Source: Caulobacter virus Magneto. From it: a stretch of DNA of 24,000 nt. The notes under the pieces were generated by a model. That model had not been told where the DNA came from. It was given only the letters and a program-made list of their open reading frames with translations, and did not search any database. The translations under genes and the position numbers were made by a program. Location: sequence record JX100812.1; one strand, 5' to 3'. Positions 15,013 through 22,117 of this stretch are shown here, piece after piece. Position 1 is the stretch's first letter; every line of letters starts with the position of its first letter.

Positions 15013-15148
15013 GGACCGGCTTTCCGAGCCGCATGCTCGGCGCGTAAGACCGCAGGCCTCGGCCATCGGGCTGTGTCAGGGGATGAGGCTAGTCCTCGGC
15101 TAACCACCTAGCGGTGAAGCTAGGGCATGCGGTTCGGAAAGCCGGTTC
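15013..15148 (+). ncRNA. Putative structured RNA: 24-bp near-perfect helix enclosing 88 nt
   Basis: 15013-15036 GGACCGGCTTTCCGAGCCGCATGC pairs 15125-15148 GCATGCGGTTCGGAAAGCCGGTTC (two G.U on the plus strand, no mismatches); inner hairpin CCTAGC-GGTGAA-GCTAGG. Confidence 0.55.
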
Positions 15149-15295
15149 GCACCTTCCGCGCGGACCTCGACGAGAGGAAAAGCGCCAGGACCACGGTCCT
15201 GAGATTCGACGGCTGCATGCAGCCTCCTGATCTGACTACGGTTCGACGGGACGAGCGGTGAAAGCCCGTGTCGACCGACTGGTGGGTGAGATTTT

Positions 15296-15380
15296 GGTAC
15301 GGTGGCTCGACAGGTAAGGCATCGGCCTCATAAGCCGAGGGTTCGTCCCAATCCTGGTTCAAATCCAGGTCGTACCTCCA
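15296..15380 (+). tRNA. tRNA with CAU anticodon and class II-like variable arm
   Basis: GGTACGG TG GCTCGACAGGTAAGGC A TCGGC CTCATAA GCCGA GGGTTCGTCCCAAT CCTGG TTCAAAT CCAGG TCGTACC T CCA; 7-bp acceptor, variable arm hairpin, encoded CCA, 85 nt. Confidence 0.87.
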
Positions 15381-15453
15381 AATCGACGCTTGACCCCAGG
15401 CCGCAGGCTGCTAAGCTTCCCCGGTCGGGATCGTCCCGCGTCCTTTCCAAGGT

Positions 15454-15484
15454 CAAGCCCCCGGAGCCTCGCTTCGGGGGCTTT
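15454..15484 (+). terminator. Rho-independent terminator
   Basis: AAGCCCCCGGAGCCTCGCTTCGGGGGCTTTT, immediately beyond the end of the minus-strand gene; plus orientation would end the RNA-gene cluster. Confidence 0.75.
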
Positions 15485-15838
15485 TCAGTTCTTGACCACC
15501 CGCAGGCGCCGGGCCTCGCTGGCGCGCTCCTCCGCCGCCACGCGCGAGACGTCTTGCAGGTGCGCCTTGGCGATCAGGTCGGGTGCGCCCACGGCCCGGA
15601 AGGGCACCTTGACGGAGAGGTCGACATAGCGCCGCAAGAGCGGCTCGAATTCCAGACCCCGCGCCTGGGCGATCCGCGACAATGCGCCGGCGACGATCGC
15701 CACGACCAGGACGTTGGTCGGGGTCTCCTTGGTCAGGGTCCAGATGCCCGGTATCGATTGTCCAGGATGGAGTTCCTGCCGCGACACGTCATCGGCGGCG
15801 GCGCGGAAGAGGTTCTCGTAAGGGACGTTTTCGAGCAT
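15485..15838 (-). CDS. Hypothetical protein (117 aa)
   Basis: Start MLENVPYENLFRAAADDVSRQELHPGQSIPGIW at 15838 preferred over longer track ORF; ends ...EARRLRVVKN*. Confidence 0.65.
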   Translation of the reverse strand: MLENVPYENLFRAAADDVSRQELHPGQSIPGIWTLTKETPTNVLVVAIVAGALSRIAQARGLEFEPLLRRYVDLSVKVPFRAVGAPDLIAKAHLQDVSRVAAEERASEARRLRVVKN

Positions 15839-15917
15839 GCGACAACGATAGCGATCTTTTGCCGCCTGTCTACCCTCTACTCTTGATAGTAGTAAAGCCC
15901 TGATTTCAACACAAGCG

Positions 15918-16310
15918 CTAAAGACGCCCGCCGTAATAGTCCCGCCACATCCCCTCCCAATAGTCGATGTGGAAGTCGGTGCAGTCCGGGCAGAGCCGGC
16001 GATCCCTGTTGGGGTCCTCGCCCTTGCCATCCCAGTGGTAGCAGGTCATCGACGAGACCATGCCCAGGCGCCAGAAGGTTCCGCAGCGCTCGCAGCCACC
16101 CAGGGCGATTTGCTGCATCTGCCGGTGGCCATTCCATTTCGCCAGCGGCCGGGACCAGAGGAGATCGACCACCGCGTGGCGGATGCTCCCGTACTGGGTG
16201 AGCCCGACCTGCACGACCTTACGCTTACCCGTCCGCCGGGACACACCGCCCATGAAGCGGTAGGCGTCGGTGTAATAGATGCGCACCTTCGGGAGGCGGA
16301 GCTTCTTCAC
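15918..16310 (-). CDS. Putative zinc-binding hypothetical protein (130 aa)
   Basis: GTG start at 16310 in GTGA overlap with upstream helicase stop; MKKLRLPKVRIYYTDAYRF...GGCERCGTFWRL...RLCPDCTDFHIDYWEG; CxxC...CxxC pairs. Confidence 0.75.
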   Translation of the reverse strand: MKKLRLPKVRIYYTDAYRFMGGVSRRTGKRKVVQVGLTQYGSIRHAVVDLLWSRPLAKWNGHRQMQQIALGGCERCGTFWRLGMVSSMTCYHWDGKGEDPNRDRRLCPDCTDFHIDYWEGMWRDYYGGRL

Positions 16311-18253
16311 GTGTCCATGACCTTTGCGATATTGTCCTCCTTCTCCTTGGCGGCCTGGGCGATGCGCGCGTCGAGCGAGCCGTTCGCCACCAGGAAGAAG
16401 CACATGATTTTCTCGGCCGTCTGCCCGATCCGGCAGGCGCGGTCCTCGGCCTGCTCGATCAGGGTCGGCGTCCAGTCCCCCTCGGCGAACGCCACGTCGT
16501 GCGCCCGCGTCATGGTGAAGCCTACACCGGCGGCCTGGAGGTTGCAAACGATGACCCGGCAGGACTCGTCGTCCTGGAACTTGTCGACCTGAAGCTGGCG
16601 CTTATTGACGGGGGTCCCGCCATAGATCATCGCCGGATTGTAGTCCGCCAATGCCTCGGCCAGCGCCTTGACGACGTCGGAGTGGTAGGCGAACAGGATC
16701 AGCTTGTCGCCGCCGTCGAGGAAGTTCTTGACCCAGGGAATGATCGCCGGGAGCTTGGCCATCCCCAGTTCGCGGCGGACGGCGGCGATCTCCTCGAACA
16801 GCACCGCCACGGCCGGCGGCGCGAGCCCCAGCACGGCGGCGGCGTAGTCGAGATTGAGCGCCCGCGAGTTGGGCTTGTCAGGATCACCGTCCTGTCCCAC
16901 CGCCTTGTCGAAGCCGTAGCGCTGGGCCGTCTCCAGGATCGACAGACCCAGGCGGATGTCGCGCTGGTCCTCGGTCTCGTTCTCGCCGGCCAGCACCGTG
17001 GCCTCGTAGAGCTTCAGCGCCTGGGAAAGCTCGTCCTCGCGCGCCACGACCTCGCGGATTTCCGGGCTGTCGAGGAGGACGATCTGGCGGAACTTCGGCG
17101 GAAGCTCGGGTAGCACCTCGCGCTTGTTCCGCCGCACCATGAAGGTCGAGCGCAGCCGATAGCCCAGTTCCTCCAGGTTGGAGGCCCCGGTGAAATTGTA
17201 GGCGCCGTGCTTGCCACGCGTGTTGTCGAACCAGCCGTCGCAGTAGCGGTAGCCGAAGTCGTTGTAGCTCTTCCCCAGGCCGTCGGGATCGAAGGCCTTG
17301 ACGATCGACCACATCTCGATCGGGCGGTTCATCATCGGCGTGCCCGACAGGAACACGCGGCGCTTGGCGTCGACCGGGTTGAACCAGATGTCGGCCAGCA
17401 CCGGCTCGCGGTTCTCGGCCTCGGCCTTCTTGATCTCGGCGGCGTTGGCTTCCTTGCGCTTCTTGCGCACCGCCGCCTTTGCCCGCGCATCCATCTGCTC
17501 GCCGCCGAGGATGAAGATCGTGCGCCCGCTGTCGGGGGTCTTGATCGCGTGACATTCGTCGCAGACCAGGAGGTCCCACGGCTGCTCGTGGATTTCCTTG
17601 GAGAAGCGCTCCAGGATGTCGTAGTTGATGATCACGACATCGGTCTTGGGCCACCAGCGCGGGTGGACGACCTTCTTGAAACGCGGCTTGCCGTTCTTGT
17701 AGAAGCCGTCGCGCACGGTCTCGCGATAGCGCGTCTCGGCGATCCCGACGCTCAGGCCCTTGCTGCACCAGAGCAGCCATTCGCGCCGCCAGTTCTCCTT
17801 CAGCGAGGCGGGGACCACCACCAGCACGCGGCGGATTTTCTTGATCGCGTTGGAGACGCCAATCGCCTGGATCGTCTTGCCCAGACCCGGCGGATCGGCG
17901 ATCAGGGTGTCGCGCCGCCCCGGCAGGGTGGCGAAGTCGATCCCGGCGCGCTGGAAGGGCTTGAAGTCCCAGCCCTTGGCCTCGACCGCCTTGGAGATCG
18001 GCGGCCAGAAATCACAGTCGGCCTTGTAGGACAGCGCCCGGCTGATGTTGGCCAGATGCTCGCGGCGCCCCAGTTCGTCGAGCGCGTTGCTCTTCCAGAC
18101 CACGCCGGGCACCGCCAGGGCGACGGCCGGGTTGTGGGTGATCAGCGCCCGGCGCGGCGGGCTCCAGGTGAAGCCGGCCTCCTGGAACCGCTTGCGGTCT
18201 TCCCATTCGGTGACGGCCCAGAAATAGCCGTCGCGATAGTCGATAAAAGCCAT
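16307..18253 (-). CDS. SNF2-like (SF2) DEAD/DEAH-type helicase/ATPase
   Basis: 648 aa ORF; LIADPPGLGKTIQAIG, VVVPASLKENWRREW, 'DLLVCDECHAIKT', 'RRVFLSGTPMMNRP', 'VIVCNLQAAGVGFTMTRA', 'DWTPTLIEQAEDRACRIGQ'. Confidence 0.93.
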   Translation of the reverse strand: MAFIDYRDGYFWAVTEWEDRKRFQEAGFTWSPPRRALITHNPAVALAVPGVVWKSNALDELGRREHLANISRALSYKADCDFWPPISKAVEAKGWDFKPFQRAGIDFATLPGRRDTLIADPPGLGKTIQAIGVSNAIKKIRRVLVVVPASLKENWRREWLLWCSKGLSVGIAETRYRETVRDGFYKNGKPRFKKVVHPRWWPKTDVVIINYDILERFSKEIHEQPWDLLVCDECHAIKTPDSGRTIFILGGEQMDARAKAAVRKKRKEANAAEIKKAEAENREPVLADIWFNPVDAKRRVFLSGTPMMNRPIEMWSIVKAFDPDGLGKSYNDFGYRYCDGWFDNTRGKHGAYNFTGASNLEELGYRLRSTFMVRRNKREVLPELPPKFRQIVLLDSPEIREVVAREDELSQALKLYEATVLAGENETEDQRDIRLGLSILETAQRYGFDKAVGQDGDPDKPNSRALNLDYAAAVLGLAPPAVAVLFEEIAAVRRELGMAKLPAIIPWVKNFLDGGDKLILFAYHSDVVKALAEALADYNPAMIYGGTPVNKRQLQVDKFQDDESCRVIVCNLQAAGVGFTMTRAHDVAFAEGDWTPTLIEQAEDRACRIGQTAEKIMCFFLVANGSLDARIAQAAKEKEDNIAKVMDT

Positions 18254-18267
18254 GGGCGCCGCACGTG

Positions 18268-18340
18268 GTTAACGCGCGGAATGTCGCCCATCACGACACT
18301 AGATGTCAAGATTCATGACTTGACCCAAGGCGTTAACCAT
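18268..18340. promoter_or_regulatory. Divergent promoter-like region (E3) between the SNF2 gene (-) and small plus-strand gene
   Basis: GTTAAC at 18268-18273 and 18332-18337; TGTCAAGATTCATGAC at 18304-18319; CTTGACCCAAGGCGTTAACCATGTCAC on plus resembles CTTGACACCCTTCGTTAACCATGACAT of E2. Confidence 0.55.
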
Positions 18341-18391
18341 GTCACGTTCGCCGCACGGCCGAGAGATCGGCCGGTCACAAGGAGAACTATC

Positions 18392-18691
18392 ATGACCCTG
18401 ATCGTCAAGATCATGTCGGGCGAGGACCTGCCCGACACCGCGCCCGAAAAGCGCTTCACCCTCCACGCCGGCGTCAAGTCCTTCCATCCGGTGGTCCAGC
18501 CCCCGGAGGTTCCCGGCGGCCAGCCCTACTGCTATGTCCGGCTCTACATCGCCGATCCGGTCAAGACCGCCGCCGTGCCCGGCTTTGTCGAGCATGAGGT
18601 CACGGTCGAGGCGCCGGGCAACGTCTACGTGATGAACGAGGCCGGCAAGACTATCGCCACCTGGACCCCGCCCTGCGGCAAGCCGTACTAG
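18392..18691 (+). CDS. Hypothetical protein (99 aa), the only well-supported plus-strand protein gene
   Basis: AAGGAG Shine-Dalgarno upstream of ATG; MTLIVKIMSGEDLPDTAPEKRFTLHAGVKSFHPVVQPP...TWTPPCGKPY*. Confidence 0.8.
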   Translation: MTLIVKIMSGEDLPDTAPEKRFTLHAGVKSFHPVVQPPEVPGGQPYCYVRLYIADPVKTAAVPGFVEHEVTVEAPGNVYVMNEAGKTIATWTPPCGKPY

Positions 18692-18918
18692 ATTTGCGCA
18701 GCGGCTTCCGGGTCTTCCGGATGCCATCCCAAACGTTGAAGGGCGGCCACGACATCAAGGGCGGGGCCGCCCTTTTTCTCGGTGCCCAGCAGGAGGAAGA
18801 CGAAGCGCTCGCCCTTGGGCGCCTTGAACGTCGCCCGGAAGGGACCCATCTCGGTGTCCATCTCGATCGTGCAGTTGGTCATGGTGGCGCAGTCGCCGGT
18901 CTTCATCGCGATCATCAC
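18688..18918 (-). CDS. Hypothetical protein (76 aa)
   Basis: MMIAMKTGDCATMTNCTIEMDTEMGPFRATFKAPKGERFVFLLLGTEKKGG...; start overlaps the upstream glycosylase stop. Confidence 0.7.
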   Translation of the reverse strand: MMIAMKTGDCATMTNCTIEMDTEMGPFRATFKAPKGERFVFLLLGTEKKGGPALDVVAALQRLGWHPEDPEAAAQI

Positions 18919-19484
18919 GCGGCCTCCTTGATTTCCCGAGCCCGCTCGGTCCAGATCATCAGGTCGTAGTCGGCCGGGCTCATCCCGGCGCGATCGGCCA
19001 GCGCCAGGAAGGCCTCCTCCAGCCGCCGATAGACCTTGGCGTTGCCCGGCGTGGCCTTGGGGACCTCGATCCCGTGTTCGGCCAGATGCGCCAGGATATG
19101 GGTGTCGAGCGCCGAGAGCCGTTGATCCGCCCGCGAGTGTAGCAGGAAGAACCGCGCGGTCTTCGGACCCACGCCGGGGATCGCCTCAAAGGCTTCGACC
19201 GGATCGTGTCTCAGGTCGAGGTCCAGGCTGTAGGCGAAGCACTTCAGCAGGCGGTTGTACTGCCCGATGCCGCGCATCTCCATGTTCAGGCGCAAGGTGT
19301 CGTAATGTAGCGCCTCGCGCACTTTGTCGAACGGGGAATCTCCCAGCATAGTCGAAAGCATCGCTTCGAGCTTGCGAGCCTGGATGTCGGCGGTCTTACC
19401 AGCGACGATGCAGCAGAACAGCCAGAATTCCTCCAACTCGGCGTCGGTGCAGTCGAACTTGGTGACGTTGCGCGGATCGATCAT
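18915..19484 (-). CDS. HhH-GPD base-excision DNA glycosylase-like protein
   Basis: 189 aa from MIDPRNVTKF; 'FEAIPGVGPKTARFFLLHSRADQRLSALDTHILAHLAEHG' = helix-hairpin-helix with downstream catalytic Asp; no C-terminal 4-Cys cluster. Confidence 0.8.
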   Translation of the reverse strand: MIDPRNVTKFDCTDAELEEFWLFCCIVAGKTADIQARKLEAMLSTMLGDSPFDKVREALHYDTLRLNMEMRGIGQYNRLLKCFAYSLDLDLRHDPVEAFEAIPGVGPKTARFFLLHSRADQRLSALDTHILAHLAEHGIEVPKATPGNAKVYRRLEEAFLALADRAGMSPADYDLMIWTERAREIKEAA

Positions 19485-19963
19485 CAGGGGGCCTTTACGG
19501 CGGGGGTGGTCTTGTACTTCTTGGCGTGGCGCAGGCCCTTCCACGAGGCCTTGTAGCCGTCGAGGTTGCGCCAGCCGCCACAACAGGGCGCGCCGCAGGA
19601 ACAGCGCATGTAGGCCTTCTCGGCGTGCCCGCGATTGACTAGGACCTTCATCGCCGAGGCGGTGTATTCGTCCGGCGTGGGAAAGACCTTCTCGGGGTCG
19701 GCCGCCATCTCGATCAGCAGCCGCTTGGGGCCGTCGTTTTGGCACCTGCGGCAGTAGGCGACCTCGTCATAGGCCAGGGCCTCGGCCTCTAGCTCGGCCT
19801 GGGCCTTGACCTCCTCGACGAGTTCCTCGTAGGTCTGAGCCCCGCTCAGGTAACGCGAGACCTCGTGGGTCCTCGGGAGCGCCTTGCCGCAATCCCGACA
19901 ATGGACGGTGTAGGTCGCCGTCCAGGCGGCGCGCTCGATATCGTCGAGATCGTAGGCTGTCAC
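19484..19963 (-). CDS. Zinc-ribbon-like hypothetical protein (159 aa)
   Basis: GTG start at 19963 (GTGA overlap); 'VHCRDCGKALP', 'YCRRCQNDGPKR', 'MRCSCGAPCCGGW' Cys clusters. Confidence 0.75.
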   Translation of the reverse strand: MTAYDLDDIERAAWTATYTVHCRDCGKALPRTHEVSRYLSGAQTYEELVEEVKAQAELEAEALAYDEVAYCRRCQNDGPKRLLIEMAADPEKVFPTPDEYTASAMKVLVNRGHAEKAYMRCSCGAPCCGGWRNLDGYKASWKGLRHAKKYKTTPAVKAP

Positions 19964-20409
19964 AGGTGCGGAGCCAGTTCGCGGTCCATGCGGTCGAGTT
20001 CGCCACGCTTGTGGAGTTCGGCGACCCGGTGCAGGGCGATCAGTTTCTGCTCGATATAGGTCATGGTCGCGGGCGAACGGGTCGGGAGTTCCGACAGGCC
20101 CGTACCGATGCCGTCCGAGGGCCAGACCACGATGCCGCCTTTCTTGACGTGGGTGAAGAGCCGGCGGAAGTCCTCGTCGATCGTCCGGCACTGGGCGTCG
20201 ACCGCCACCGGATCGTCGCCGAAGAAGTCGGTGTCGTGCATGCCCGGCGTGCGCTTGGTCGCCACGCCCACGGCGTTGGGCTCCCCGCGCATGTGCCCGG
20301 CTTGGCCGCCCATGCCCTTGCGGATCATGTTGTCGCCGAACACGTAGAGCACGTCGGGATTGCGGCGCAGGTCTTCGCGGAAGATGCGGTGTTGGTAGAT
20401 GAGGGGCAT
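19960..20409 (-). CDS. Conserved phage protein with YVFGDNMIRKGMGGQAGHMRGEPNAVGVATKR motif; function unknown
   Basis: 149 aa from MPLIYQHRIF at 20409; track ORF start at 20580 would overlap the upstream gene heavily. Confidence 0.8.
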   Translation of the reverse strand: MPLIYQHRIFREDLRRNPDVLYVFGDNMIRKGMGGQAGHMRGEPNAVGVATKRTPGMHDTDFFGDDPVAVDAQCRTIDEDFRRLFTHVKKGGIVVWPSDGIGTGLSELPTRSPATMTYIEQKLIALHRVAELHKRGELDRMDRELAPHL

Positions 20410-20467
20410 CGGGCGATCCTTGAAAAGGCGGGGACCGGCGAACCGGTCCCCTGGAGGTGGGGTTCTG

Positions 20468-22096
20468 TTAGGCGCCGTGCGCCGCGACATAGGCCTTGGC
20501 GTAGGCCTCGCGGTAGGCGGCCTCGTGGACCACGCCCGCTTCGTCGGTGAGGTCCTCGAACGCCTCGTAGTGGACGCCATTGGAGGCGTCCAGGTCGAAA
20601 ACGCCGTCGAGCCGGGCCTGCTGGGCGTCGGCGCGGCCGTCGATGTCGCCCACGAGCTTGGCCCAGGCCGCGTATTGCGCCTCGACCACCGCGTCGAAGG
20701 CGGCGATGTAGGCGTTGCTCATCGCCGCCTCGCTGTCGAGCGGCGATTCGGTGACGTCGTTGTAGCGCTCGCCCTCGAAGCCGTCGAGGATATCGACGAT
20801 CGCGTCGGCCAACGCGTCCTCGTCGGTTTCGGCCATCGCCTCGGCGATCGCCTTATGGGCGTCCTGCTCGCCCCAGGTCCGAGCGATGCTCTCGCCCAGG
20901 ACCGCGTCCTCGGTCGGGAAGCCGTTCTCGTCGAGCACCGGATCGGTGCTTTCGGCCGTTTCTTCGTCCTCGGCTTCGGGGCCGGGATCGGTTTGCTCGG
21001 CGTCAGCCTTGCCGGCGGCGAAGGCCTCGCCATAGCCGCGCACATAGCCCTCCGAGTAGGCTTGCCGGGCCGAATCGGGGCCGTCGCTGAGTTCGCCCGG
21101 CATGTCGAAAGACGCGTCATACTCCCAGCCGTTCTCGGCGTCGGCGGCCCCGGCCTTGCGACCAGCTTCCTCGCCGGCCTTGTCCCAGTTGGTCTCGACG
21201 TCGTCGAACGACACCGACACCTCGGCGGTGGTCGCGGCTTCCGGCGCCGAGGCCGTCACGGTCACGCCGTCGGCGGCGGTGGCGTCGGTGGCGTCTTCTG
21301 GGTCCTCGACCGGCGCGGCGGCCTTCTCGTCGGCGAAGCGCCGCTCGACGGCGGCCGAGAAGTAGTTCTTGGCGTCGGCCTCGGGGATTTCGGCCAGCAC
21401 TTCCATCTTGCAGCAGCGCAGCTTGGCTTGGTTGTAGTCGGTCGGGATCGCCGTCACGTCGCTGGGGTTGATCTCGACGATGATGATCTTGCCGACGCCG
21501 TTGTGGAACTGGAGCAGGTAGTCGAACGAACAGGCGTGCAGACCGCGCGAGCAGAGCGCGTTGCGGTTGGGGTCGCACTTGTCGCGGTCCATCTCGACCG
21601 TCGAGCCGATCTTGTACTCGACCGTGCCCGAGTGGTGGTCGAAGAAGTCGGCGCGCACGCGCTTGAAGGCGTGGAAGTTGCCGTCCGGGGTCAGGGGCAG
21701 GCGACCCTTTTCCAGGAAGGCGTAGAGGTCAGCCGCGATCGACTTGTCGGGGTTGAGGTGAACCTTCTCGATGAACTTGGTCAGCGGCTCGATGTCGAAG
21801 CCTTCCGACAGCACGCGCTTGAAGGTGCCGGCCGCCACGTAGTCGATCACGTGGCCGTCCAGGCGCAGACGGTCGCGATCGTCGAGGATGACGCGCCCGA
21901 ACGACTGGGCCGCGACATAGGCGGCGACGTCGGCGATCAGGCGGATTTCGTCGATGTCCTGCGGCACCTTGCGCAGGGCTTCCTCCAGCTTCTTGGCCTG
22001 GGCCGAGGCGCGGGGGAACACGCGGTAGCGACCATCGAGCGTGATCGAGATCACGTCGTTGGTGATCGTCGACGCGATCTTCTTGGGGGTGGTCAT
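20468..22096 (-). CDS. rIIB: rIIB-like protein with acidic, Ala/Glu/Asp-rich C-terminal extension
   Basis: 542 aa ORF adjacent to rIIA-like gene; 'LYAFLEKGRLPLTPDGNFHAFKRVRADFFDHHSGTVEYKIGSTVEMDRDKCDPNRNALCSRGLHACSFDYL...GKIIIVEINPSDVTAIPTDYNQAKLRCCKMEVL'. Confidence 0.85.
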   Translation of the reverse strand: MTTPKKIASTITNDVISITLDGRYRVFPRASAQAKKLEEALRKVPQDIDEIRLIADVAAYVAAQSFGRVILDDRDRLRLDGHVIDYVAAGTFKRVLSEGFDIEPLTKFIEKVHLNPDKSIAADLYAFLEKGRLPLTPDGNFHAFKRVRADFFDHHSGTVEYKIGSTVEMDRDKCDPNRNALCSRGLHACSFDYLLQFHNGVGKIIIVEINPSDVTAIPTDYNQAKLRCCKMEVLAEIPEADAKNYFSAAVERRFADEKAAAPVEDPEDATDATAADGVTVTASAPEAATTAEVSVSFDDVETNWDKAGEEAGRKAGAADAENGWEYDASFDMPGELSDGPDSARQAYSEGYVRGYGEAFAAGKADAEQTDPGPEAEDEETAESTDPVLDENGFPTEDAVLGESIARTWGEQDAHKAIAEAMAETDEDALADAIVDILDGFEGERYNDVTESPLDSEAAMSNAYIAAFDAVVEAQYAAWAKLVGDIDGRADAQQARLDGVFDLDASNGVHYEAFEDLTDEAGVVHEAAYREAYAKAYVAAHGA

Positions 22097-22117
22097 GGTC
22101 GTCTCCTTGAGACCGGC

